A stretch of DNA of 43,874 nucleotides, filler included, from Catajapyx aquilonaris (lineage: Eukaryota), in the NCBI GenBank assembly GCA_000934665.2. It is 2 parts of 2 records of this genome, joined end to end, with 100 filler letters (N's around TTAATTAATTAA, not from the genome) between each part and the next. Parts side by side here need not be neighbours in the genome. Positions count along the whole stretch, not along the records: positions 1 to 21,892 come from KZ539443.1; 1 more part is not named here. One strand, given 5' to 3'. The position numbers and the translations under genes were made by a program. Below the pieces are notes generated by a model. The model was not told where the DNA came from. It made no database searches and saw only the letters and a list, made by a program, of their open reading frames with translations. Positions within the stretch are counted from its first letter, which is position 1, and every line of letters starts with the position of its first letter. Shown here piece after piece: positions 10,831 to 21,892 of the stretch.

Positions 10831-11432
10831 GTAAGTTTTGTACCCATCACTTGGCATCTAGTTCACAAACCTACAAAACTACCCACACTGTTGCCCAAGA
10901 TCTTTCAATAAGTTATGGTGTAGGATCTAGTAATTAGATATTTTATGAGGAATGGTTATGGTGTGTGCATCAAAAATATTGTGCATGATATTTGGGAAGG
11001 CTAGATTCCCTTTCTAGCTCCTTCATTCCTCTCTACAGAAATGGTTGTAATGGTGTGCTGACTTTCTTTTCCTTTCTTTCTTTTCTTTCTTTTTTCAAAG
11101 GCCAACTAGGTTGAATACCTTATTTCCTTAAGCGCTCTGTGACATTCCCTGGTAAACCCTGAACTAGTAATTAATCCTATATGAATTATGGGGTATCAGC
11201 CACTTGTTCTGGGTTTCTCTCATGCAACCAGCCATAATTGTTGTAGAATTAATTGATATTATGCAGCTAAGGCTGATATGGTTTTTTGATAACCAAGTCT
11301 CAAAGAGATACAGGGTAATCAGTCTTAGTTGCTGCTCTGGCTCCCCCAATGGACCAGGGTGATCAGTTTATTCAACTTGCATATGGGGGCAGTAAATTGA
11401 AGATAATAAAGGCAGGATTTGGTATTGAACTA

Positions 11433-11850
11433 CAGGGTGAATACTGTAACTTTGGCAAAAATCACAGGGTGGGTAGTGTGGACCAAGACAAGTATTTTTG
11501 ACATAGGAACCCATGTCCGGAAATGCCCCCGTACGGGGGTACTGCCGTTTCCCGCACAATATTTGGATGCAGCCAAAGGCCTGAACAACAATCGTTGTTT
11601 GGCTGTTTACATAGCAATTCAAGATCCCAACACAATGACGCATGGTAATAAAATTGTGTCATCCATTAGTTCCATCTTTCATGAATCCTGTAAAATCTGT
11701 GTAACAGAGTTGGCTGACCTTGATCTAATAAAATCCTCCGTTCGGCACTTGACACTAGCAATAATTGTCCACCTTCGTCTCCTCCACACGCGACACACCT
11801 GATGAACGCAAGTTTCGAGTACGGTGGGTTGCCTACCCACCAGGCTCAAC
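11433..11850. mobile_element. Partial, rearranged copy of the 18162-18585 MITE family
   Basis: 11433-11552 matches the left arm; about 11745-11850 matches the spacer and inner right arm of 18162-18585. Confidence 0.8.
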
Positions 11851-12274
11851 CAACTTGTTATGTAAGGTCGTCTCTGATTCGTTGGAGTCATTCTTACTCC
11901 AGCGAATCAGAGACGACATTTTTTGGAGTGATGACGTGTTTTAAGCGGGTTGGGATCTTGAAATGAAAATGGACTGGTCAATCAAAACTCATAGCAGCAC
12001 AGGCAATGATTGAAGTTTGTCATTGAAAAGGAGATTCCCAGGGGGGTGGTTTGCAAATAAATTGAAGGATGAAATATCCAAGACTTCGGTATAATGTCCG
12101 CTTTACCCAGGGACCAAATGGTTAATATCAGAGCAACAGTGAAGTAAGTAGAAATGCAAACATTGCACCTGCCCATTTTTGCATCCAACCACAGCTACAG
12201 GAAGCTGTAGGAATGAGATTCGAGGTGGGGAAGAGGTGGAAATATAAGGGACGCAATCTGGTAGGCCCTCTGTA

Positions 12275-12436
12275 CAGTGTTGGATATTAATTGCGTCGTA
12301 CTGCTTGCAACATTTTCTGAAGCGGCAGAAGAATGAATCTTGCTCGTACGGCTCGTACTATCCATTGCTTAAATTCATTCTTCTGCCGCTACGGAAAATG
12401 TTGCTAGCAGTACGACGAGATTAATGGCCAACACTG
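12275..12436. mobile_element. Palindromic MITE (CAGTGTTGG termini)
   Basis: TA|CAGTGTTGG...CCAACACTG|TA with inverted arms of about 65 bp. Confidence 0.85.
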
Positions 12437-12438
12437 TA

Positions 12439-12664
12439 CAGGGTGTTCCAAATTAGAGGGTCGGTTTTTTCATAACTCTTATCAACTGATAGTAGCTATT
12501 TTTTGTAGCTGCTTGTGCCCCTAACCAGGTGCCCTATTCTATAGCAACTGCCCCTGGGAGTAATGGGGAACCTGGATCTGGGCACAACAAGCTACAAAAA
12601 ATAACTACTTTTGGGTGATTGATATCAGTTTAAAAAAAAATACCCACAAATTTGCAACACCCTG
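12439..12664. mobile_element. Tc1/mariner-type MITE (CAGGGTGTTCC family), copy 2
   Basis: TA|CAGGGTGTTCCAAATT...AATTTGCAACACCCTG|TA; homologous to 6501-6728. Confidence 0.87.
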
Positions 12665-12956
12665 TATATGCAGGGGATTGGTTCCAGGACCTCTGCAGAT
12701 ACCAAAATTTGCAGATGCTCAAGTACCTGATATAAAATAGCATAGTGTATGCACATCCTTCTATATATCATGTCTGGATTACTTATCTACGGATAGGGAG
12801 GGCCCACTGTACCTTAATCCTCTGGCACCCAAATAATTTGCACACATGTAAGAAATTTTTGTGAGAACAGATCACCTTGGTATAGAACTTAATTAGTTTG
12901 TTTTTTAGCAAATGTAAGACAAATGACCAAAGACAAATTTGGAGATGGAATTCATA

Positions 12957-13147
12957 CACTGCTTGAAAAAAAAAAAAGGTCTTGTCCCCCAGCAAGCAGT
13001 GCCAATGCTGGGCAAAGAGTAGATAAGAAGCTTGGTGAATCAACTTGTGCTCATGGAATCAGGTTGCTAGGTTAAGTCACGCACGCTTCCACCTATGCCA
13101 GCATTGGCACTGCTTATAGGGGAACAAAGTAGGTTTTTACAGCACTG
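12957..13147. mobile_element. TA-flanked MITE
   Basis: Inverted AAGCAGTGCCAATGCTGG / CCAGCATTGGCACTGCTT; degenerate CA(C/G)TGCT termini with TA flanks. Confidence 0.7.
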
Positions 13148-13269
13148 TACTGTACTGTACCAGCAACCTACTTGCGTATTTTCAAACTTTTAGTGCAAGG
13201 ACAATTTTATAAACTGAATTACCATAAATATTTGACCATGATAGTTGGCAGTACCCTGAATAAGTTTTA

Positions 13270-13385
13270 GGCCTGATGACCCGGGGTAAGCTATCCCGGG
13301 GGCAATCACCATGGCAGCATATGTAAAAGGATAGCAGTCAACAACCAGTTACCCCAGGGGGCAAGCTACCCCGGGTCACCAGACT
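13270..13385. mobile_element. Short MITE
   Basis: Inverted CTGATGACCCGGGGTA / TACCCCGGGTCACCAG. Confidence 0.65.
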
Positions 13386-13789
13386 ATATACCTTAATGAT
13401 AGTTATTGCATTTTTATTGCCTGTTATTATGAAAACTGGCATCTGCAGAGTTGCTTAGAAATTGATGAGTAGGAGAGGGTAGTTGGAGTAAATCTGGTAA
13501 CATGGCAAGTGATTTAAACGAAATAATTTCTATGCCCATGTTACTATACACTTTGTGGAACATGCGAATGGATAATGTACTGTACATGAAAGCATGAAAC
13601 GAGGTATTTAAACCTCTTTACAAGCTCTGACGGCCCAAGTGAAAACCCAGTATCTTCGAAAATCACGTAAATAGAGATAAATGCACCAATACACTCCTCT
13701 TTGCAAGCCACACCTTTTGGTACAAAACCCATAACTGTAGGAACAACCCTTGCAAAGTTTTGACCAATTGAAATCATCCACTGCCATAT

Positions 13790-14685
13790 CCTCCTGAGAC
13801 CTGGTGTCGACATATGTCGACATCAGCAAAAGATTTTTTTGGCGCCAACCACTGATGCCAACAGAACTGTAATAGGCTGGTACCCCATGGTTACAATCTG
13901 GCCTCAATAGCTGTAGCCACCTAGCGTCGAATATCTGGCTTGGGCCGCGAAAATTAAATCGCGGACAAAATGGCGGATTCCGCTGCTGAAGCTAGGCGCT
14001 CATCTGATCAGTTTTATTTTTTTACTCATATTTAGAATGCGATTTTCGCAATGCAGTGAATGTCCTGGGATTCGCAAGGAATGTGTCTTAGGAACTGCGA
14101 AAAGATGATTCTGTGACAATCTTTGTTGCTGTAGAGAACTGGTCATTTTCTTTTCTTCCTGAGACCAAATGCCCATTTAAATGGACATCCGAAAAATGGC
14201 ATTTTTAGCTGAATGGGTGTGACTTTTCTTTACGTGCCTGTACCTATACACCCATAAGGAAGTGCGCTTTGCACTGTGCACTTCAGTTTTAAAATCTAGA
14301 ATAGCGAAGTACCACTCTAGCGGGTAAGAAGGGAAGGAGCAAGCCCCATCCTTGGAGTGGTTGCGTTCAAAAATAATTTCATTTATCTTTAATTGTCTTC
14401 TGAGAGGAATTGCTACCACGAATACCACAAATAAATTTTAAAAACATTGTTTGGAGGATAGAGCACTATGTGAGTGACCCATTAAGTGGTATTTCAATTT
14501 TCAGCTTTCATCCATTCTGCTTTTGTAGCACCAATTGGGTGCTAATGTTCTCATTGGTTGTTTGTCGCCATTTTTGTCGATATTTTAAAACTAAAATTTT
14601 TTTCTCGTTTCTTATTGGGAACATGTTCAGAAAATGCAATAGGAACTGACATTGCGTTAAAAAATTCGTCTCAGGTCTCAGGAGG
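13790..14685. mobile_element. Non-autonomous DNA transposon with 14-bp perfect TIR and ATAT TSD (piggyBac-like variant)
   Basis: ATAT|CCTCCTGAGACCTG ... CAGGTCTCAGGAGG|ATAT; lies inside an older inverted repeat (about 13622-13655 versus 14746-14781). Confidence 0.85.
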
Positions 14686-16130
14686 ATATACGATAATGGA
14701 AACAAAAAACTTCACAGGTGAATATCTCGAAATGACAAAAAGCGGAGATACAGGGTTTTTTCACTTGGGCCATCAGAGCTACAGCCAAATGTGGGGGTTT
14801 CTTTTTAGGAAGAGTGCAGTCATTTAGGAAGTTGGGCTTCAAATATCACAAAAAAAAATCACTGATTCCAAATGTGATCTCAGGTTTAGTAATGTAGCAA
14901 TAGTAAAATTTTAAGTCAAAGGGAATTTTTTTAAGAAGGTCAGCACCAACCCTTAGCCCCCTAGCAATGAATGAAATAGGCAGCCATGATTCAAGAGAGA
15001 GAAAATTGAACAAAGTAATGCCAAAAGACCAAATATGCTACCGTAGTTCTTCCTCCACGCCAGGCAAATGAGCCATTACACTGACACTGCACTTGATACG
15101 TTCCTGAGGGCTGCAGTAGGTGTTGTAGGAGAGGTGATGCTGTGTTGCTGATACTATCATGGTTTACAACTTAAACATTTGGTCATGCATTACAAACTTT
15201 AAAAACAGACCCATGTTTGGAATCAGTGTTTTTTTCTTATATTCTAGGTCCAACTTGCTGAATAACTTTAAAATGGATCCCCCTTCACATTATCCACTAG
15301 TAAGAAAAAGTCCTTTAGTCCTCAACTGTTTGACTAAGAAAAATGTGATGTTTTTGCAGCACTCTGAAGGGGGTGTTGCTCCACACCCCTCCCTGTGGCG
15401 TAGAGGAGGCATGGGCAGGGGGGAGGGGAAAGAAAGCTATTAATCCCTATGTGTACTGTACCACCTCCTCTGTGGTACAGAGAGAGAGAGAGAGGATCAT
15501 GTGCTCACCTTCATGGTTGTAATGTGATCTTATCATGGCATCTTTCAATGGTCAATCAGTAGCTTGATGTTTTGAAACACACTGTGGTGTAAGGTTAGTG
15601 TAGGTTGTAGCGTAAGTGGAATTAGATGTGAAATATAAGTGGAATAGTAATTCATTGTTTCTGTCTCCCCCCTCAATGAATCTCCCATTTCCCTTTTCTG
15701 TACCCTCCTCAACTTTTTGTTGACCTATCATTCAAGCCACATACATCCAAGACCTGATAATCCTGATGCGTCACGGTAGGTGAGCCCTTCGCTGCCTTGC
15801 GTAGTTGGTGTGTTTAGTGTGGCTGCCATGTATGGAGAGGTACTGTATGGTGCAAGAGGTGTGTTTACCTGTAGCTCAATGGCTTGGCTTTTCAATTTAT
15901 TTATTTTTTGTACTTTTTAACAGTATAGCATGGAGAGCTAAAGTGCAATATGTGATGATCCACCTACAAAGGTTATTTCATCAAATAACTTAGTTATTTT
16001 AAGCTTGGTAAAAGTTTTCCAAATCTAAATTGACATAGGGAAAGGGACCTACATGATTCCAAGCTTTTTCTTGTGACATCCAGTTACAAGCCTTTATGAT
16101 TACAATGTAGGCTACTCCATGTTCCACGTA

Positions 16131-16338
16131 CCCATGTCCTTTTCGTCATCGCAAATTTCCCCTAAAGTTTTTATTTTTTAAAAGCTATTTTTTGCCCAAA
16201 TTAAGGTGTCAAATTATATAGCAGCATGCTGCTACATTCGACCACGTCTGTGAATAATTGGGCACCCCAATTGGGGTGTAAAAAGTTACACAAAAATAAC
16301 ACCTTTGGGAGAAATTTGCAATAACTAAAAGGACTTGA
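16131..16338. mobile_element. TA-flanked palindromic MITE
   Basis: GTCCTTTTCGTCATCGCAAATTTCCCCTAAAG inverted against CTTTGGGAGAAATTTGCAATAACTAAAAGGAC. Confidence 0.75.
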
Positions 16339-16458
16339 TACTTAGAACTTATTGTGCAATCAAAATACATGATGTGGATTATCACTAAGTTGACTTGAAG
16401 CTCTTAATACATTTCTCTCTCTCTCTCTCCCTCCCCCCCCCCCTCCCTCCCCCCCCCC

Positions 16459-16543
16459 NNNNNNNNNNNNNNNNNNNNNNNNNNNNNNNNNNNNNNNNNN
16501 NNNNNNNNNNNNNNNNNNNNNNNNNNNNNNNNNNNNNNNNNNN
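16459..16543. other. Assembly gap in a poly-C tract
   Basis: 85 N between C runs. Confidence 0.98.
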
Positions 16544-17156
16544 CCCCCCACCCACCCATATCAAGTCCTTACATCTTTGGCTGCAGCTGATGTCCACTCT
16601 GCTGCCATAACACTCCACTTTGCATGATCTTCTTGACTTCACCTTTACTCCGAAGCACTTCAGTTTGCATTACTAGCCCAGCCATTAAGTACGTTCTTGT
16701 AGAGACAAGTAGAATGTGAATCCTAAGTATGTTTAATATTGGTAGTGTTAATGTAGATGTCATTTGCTTTAGCCCCTGTGTTGGAATGTTTTTTTTACAA
16801 ATAAAAGCTGATCATACATAAAGCTCTTCTTGATTTGAGGCATTGCTTTAGCTTAACAAAGCAGTAATATTTTTAGACTTCAAAGGACCCCTCCAAGTGT
16901 AATGTTATGAGTTATGAAATACTGGATGGGTACTGTGACAAGTAATGTAAATGGCAACAATTTCAAGTCAATACAGATCTAAGAACATTGAAATTTGAGA
17001 GCCAAAGTTAAGTAATTTTACAACATTAGCTGCATGGCATAAAAGACAATCATGATTTTAACACATTTCTCACTGCAAATCAAAACTAACATTTATAAAA
17101 ACAACAAGGTGCTAGGAGGTCACAGCTGTCTCCTAGAATAACATCATGCTGACTAA

Positions 17157-17262
17157 GGCTGGGTTACATGATTGATGGCTTATCAGAATAAGTTATTAAT
17201 CCTAGGTGAATAACAGGGATCAACCACTTGTTCCGGGTTTACCCCTGATCATGGCACCAGCC
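17157..17262. mobile_element. PIF/Harbinger-like (Tourist-type) MITE
   Basis: TAA|GGCTGGGTTACATGAT ... ATCATGGCACCAGCC|TAA; GGC termini and 3-bp TAA duplication. Confidence 0.6.
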
Positions 17263-17507
17263 TAATTCATGCAATTCACAGTACCTGAGTACCTCTATGT
17301 TTTATGGACAATTAGCAAAATTTTTGTAGAAACGAAGGCCAAAATGTTCTGCAGAAATTTCTAGATTTGATCAAAGAAGCAATATTTTTGTAATGTTACA
17401 CCTGGATATGCAAAATTACGTGATGACTGGAGTATCATGTATTCAGCCATGGAATATTTTACAGGTGCCACAAGACTTGAATTGTTAAAGAAGGTGAAAT
17501 GTTGCTA

Positions 17508-17891
17508 CAGTGAAATCTTGATCTACTGTTCCTGGATGAACCATTTTCTCAGATCCATCAATCAATACATTTATTAATTAATGTATTTAATTATGTTACC
17601 CCATGCTAGGGCAGGGCCCTTTTAGGGGGACAGCGCTGGGGACAGACGTAAATTGAATAGTAAAGCACACAAACGTCAACCAAATATTATTTACAAATAC
17701 AATACACTTATGGGTGATTTTAATGAAGCTCAGTTTTACATTATGAGGTTTGCGTGCCCATCATTCAATACATAGGGTCCCAAAACAATTCCTATTTAAT
17801 ATAGGCTCCTGCATTTATGGTTTTTCCTTATATATTGGTTCCCCCCCCCCCCCNCCTCAAGGATTGTGACAAAATTGCCAAGGATTCACAG
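17508..17891. mobile_element. Old Tigger-like MITE
   Basis: TA|CAGTGAAATCTTG ... CAAGGATTCACAG|TA, degenerate. Confidence 0.4.
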
Positions 17892-18161
17892 TATTCCATA
17901 AACTTTTCTTGATAGTTTAACTTTCAGGGGTTACTGCCAGTGACACTGGGTGTGACAAGTATGTTGCTTTGTAAAATATGTTCAACGTAGATGTCAATGA
18001 AGCTATTACATCCCCTCCTGTTTTTATATGTACTCCCGCGAGCATAAAGATGGACTCGGCAGGCCCTTTTTTGACCATTCTTTATCCGACTCAAATTAAT
18101 GAACTCTTTTTGGACTGAGTTAGCTGCTTCAGGCGTGTGTTCGTGTATTTATGACAGTATA

Positions 18162-18585
18162 CAGTGTGGTCACTGTAACTTTGGCGAAAGTCACAGGGTG
18201 GGTAGGGCCCCATAGGCAAGTATTTTGAGCTGAGGTACCCATGTCCGGAAATGCCCCCGTACGGGGGTACGGCCGTTTCCACCTTTGGTCTGTTGCGCCT
18301 GGTGGGTAGGCAACTCATTGTACTCGAAACTTGCGTTCATCAGGTTTTGCACTTGACACTCGCAATTGTTTTCACCTTCGTCTTCTCCACACGCGACACA
18401 CCTAATGAACGCAAGTTTCGAGTACGGTGGGTTGCCTACCCACCAGGCGCAACAGAACAAAGGTGGAAACGGCCGTACCCCTGTACGGGGGCATTTCCGG
18501 ACATGGGTACCGAAGCTCAAAATACTTGCCAATGGGGGCCTCTACCCACCCTGTGATTTTTGCCAGAGTTACCGTGACCACCCTG
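18162..18585. mobile_element. Foldback Tc1/mariner-type MITE, 424 bp
   Basis: TA|CAGTGTGGTCAC ... GTGACCACCCTG|TA; arms about 18162-18345 and 18400-18585. Confidence 0.92.
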
Positions 18586-18825
18586 TATTTGATACTGTAA
18601 TAGCTGAAGTTGGCAGAGCAGCCTGCCGAAGGTGAGGGCCTGCCGTGTCCATATTTATGCTCGCAGGTGTACATTTATCACTGTCATTCACATACACTGG
18701 GCCATAATTGAGGGGGAAATGTTTCTACAACTTCATTCACTACAGTTGATATTATTAACATCCTATCATGAGAGTTCTAATCTCAGGCTGAATGCGTAAC
18801 AGGAAGGCACCCTGTTAGGAAGCAG

Positions 18826-19097
18826 TTTATTTAATTATTTATTTTACGTTTCCCTGTGATAGGGCCAGAGGGGGGTGGACTACCACCAATTTCCATCCAA
18901 TTTTCTATGATTTTTTCTTCAGACACCGTGCAAGGATGAAAGGATATAGGGTAGGGATGGGGATTTCTGGGGAGGAGACACAGGTGCAGGTGCAATGTCT
19001 CTGCACGAGATGAAGGGGGTGTCCCCGGGTTGGGATCGAACCCGGGACCTTAACATCCGTGGGCGCATACGTTACCGCAGTGCCACTCCACCTCCCC
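18826..19097 (-). mobile_element. tRNA-derived SINE related to family B, shorter copy
   Basis: Minus-strand A box TGGCACTGCGG, B box GGTTCGATCCC; body homologous to 4800-4940; AT-rich tail; no clear TSD. Confidence 0.8.
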
Positions 19098-19930
19098 TCT
19101 GGAAAAAATAACTTTGAGTCAGAGGGTGGGGGAATAGCAAAAGGTTTCGTTAATGTTTACAGGAACAGTGGGGAAGAAGCCATAATAAATCTGGCAACAG
19201 TTACTGCAATAGCAGAACCATGCTTGAAAGCAGTTTTTGTTGCAAATTGATCATAAGTCATTGGATCCCCTGAATTATCACCTTGTTAGTTCCTTGTGTA
19301 GGATCACTGGAGAAGGGTGGGGAGATGTCCACACCTATTAAGCAGTGATTTGAATTTTTCTCACTTGTAGAGAGAGGGAGGGAGGGAGGGAGAGAGAGTG
19401 GAAAAAGCCTTAGTCAGAGTGGCGACTGCTGTGATCCAGGCAGCAGTACTAAAAACTTGTAGGAAAAAAAAGTCTCTATCTGACCTCTCAGATTGTAAAC
19501 TTACACACATAAACACAAACATAAACTTACAACATAGGCTCTAGGAAACCGTAAGAATATCATAGCCCAAGGGCTTCTGGAACAGGAGTAGCCAACAATG
19601 GTTTTAATTCTAGTGAACAGCATATTATCAAGCAGTAATTTTTTGTTCATTGATAAAAGCAGTTAGTTTCTGCCTAACCAATTCCTATATGGCCCGTGAT
19701 CTGTTAGGTTTTTCTGATTTGTCTAAGTTGTAAGGAATGTAAAGGACATTTTTGCCTTACGTTCACATCAGGATGCTACTGTTGGGTGGATTTTAAGTGC
19801 CCCCTAGAGAGATGAAAGGTAATAATTTTAAAACCTCAGGAGAGAACAAATTTTGCTATGAAACTTGGAGTAGTCCTTCACTCTTGAGAGAGAAAAATCA
19901 TTTGACCTTCTCCCACTTTCTTTGCAACAG

Positions 19931-20112
19931 TGTCCGAATCGAGTGGCAGCAACTTGGAGAACCAAGCAGCTCCTCTTCAGCCTCCTCCCAGTGTGTCATC
20001 TCCAAAAGCCCCAAAGCGTCTGTCATTCAAGTCAAGCAGTCGGAGCAAGGCTAGTGTGGCTGCACCTACTTCTCCTCCAGACAGCCCTTCAGTTGTGCAC
20101 AGGCACAAATGA
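19931..20112 (+). CDS. RALGAPA: RalGAP alpha terminal coding exon
   Basis: Pyrimidine tract and CAG acceptor at 19928-19930; phase 1 entry gives VSESSGS...SPKAPKRLSFK...SPPDSPSVVHRHK then TGA at 20110-20112; followed by AT/GT-rich UTR-like DNA. Confidence 0.75.
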
Positions 20113-21330
20113 TCCGTCCACCATCTCATTGTTAATGATGATGATGTTGGTGTTGTTTATTGCCCTTCACCAGGTATACAATCAATTACATTCCCAACAT
20201 CTGTGACCAGTACAACCACTCTACAATCTACATGGTAGAAAGAAAGAGCATAATAATTATAAAGGTTGATTTTTGTCACGACTTGTTTCTCATGCAATGA
20301 CATGTATCTATGTCTCTTTCAAGAGTTTGTATTGTTTCTGTAATTCTTTTTGTTTTGTTTTTATCAGGCAGGTGTTATATGGGGGCTGTCATAAGTCCCA
20401 GTGATGACCATTGGCAATATTGTTGGATGTGCTTAAGTAACAGAATGTACTTGTGAAGGTTGAGGAAGTGAAATGGGAACACCAGTGTAAGTAGCCAAGC
20501 CAGGGCATATCAATTTACAAGATGTAAACTGTTTTTGGGGGGAGGGGGAACTACTGTATGTGAACACCCACACCAGTTGTGGATACCTGAAAACTTATTG
20601 ATACGCATGTGTATCAGCTGACAGTGAGCTGTCTTACAGCTTGTTTTGATATATACCCAATGACATCCTGCCAGGGTGGGGCTAACTTTGGGGTATATCC
20701 TGTGTGCTTAAGTTAAATATATTGATTACATTTTCGCCCACCCGACCTGGTGCAAGTGCCAATATGGCGGGCATGATGGCAAGCTTTTTTTTTATATAAA
20801 AAATTGGGACCCAATTGAATTATTTTCCTGACATTCCAAAGCAAGACTTAGAGATTTTGTGCAATATGGGAATTCTTATCAACCAGCTTAATCTGCCAAT
20901 AATGATAACTCCAACTCACTCCAGCCCTGGCTAAGCTACTTGAGCTGGAAACTTATGAACTGTTATGTACTTAGAAGAAACTGCACTTAATAAGTAGTTC
21001 ATCAGATTGTTAAAAGGAGAATGCACCACTTCCACTTCAAGTTTTCATGATGGAGACTTGCCTTATTTTATTGGAACCGGTGCTATATATATAAGAAAAT
21101 GTTTCAAATTCTATGCATTAGTGGAGGTGATTTATTAATTGAACTGATGAGTGATGTTTCTCACTGTTGAAAAAGTTGTATAAATGAAGGCATGCTTACT
21201 TGATTCTATGTAAGTACTGAGTGGGTATTAGAGCATAACTAATATATTGATGATGAATCACTTGCATATATTTTCTTACCTTTTTCTCCAGTGTGATTGA
21301 TGAACATAATACCACACACTTTCCTTTAAA
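20113..21330 (+). other. Probable 3' UTR of RalGAP alpha (end approximate)
   Basis: ORF-free, AT-rich, CpG-poor stretch with no recognisable transposon after the stop; no unambiguous poly(A) signal located. Confidence 0.45.
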
Positions 21331-21892
21331 ATCACAGGTTTCTCATTGGTGTTTACATGGGCAAATCTGTCCATCGCCTCAATTGCCCATCAAATATTAT
21401 TTAGGGTAAGTAAATGTTCACGACGACTTCTGCCTACTGGTCTAAAAGTAGCACGATCTACTCTCTTTCATCATATTGATAAATAGTGGAAGCGGTACAA
21501 CAGGAAAAACGGTCATATGCTGCAAAATCTTGCAGAAAGCAAGCCACTTTGCACAGACGTTCCATAGACCAAGACGATCAATTTGACCCGCAGCACCCTG
21601 TCCCCTGACCTTGTGGGGTCAAATGGCGGCCATTTTTGAAAAAAAGGTCATTTATTTTTTGTAAATTCCAAATTGCCTCTCCATGGCAATGTTGGTGTCA
21701 TTTCCGCATATTTCGAGGTCGGTAACATGCAGGAGGTCATAAGGTCACTAGTTTGTGACCTATGACCTCTGTTTTGAAATTATCCTACTGGGCTGTGTCG
21801 AATGGTATTTGCGACTAAAAGGTGGCATGTGAGGTATCGTTTAGATATAATTTGATGTCACTGAAACCGAAAACGACAATAAAAATTCGGAA

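Larger units (their letters stand above)
12259..12809 (+). mobile_element. Tigger-type non-autonomous element resembling MER2, interrupted by two MITEs
   Basis: Left end GGTAGGCCCTCTGTA; body GGGGATTGGTTCCAGGACC...GATACCAAAAT...GATGCTCAAGTACCTGATATAAAAT; right end GGATAGGGAGGGCCCACTG|TA. Confidence 0.78.
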
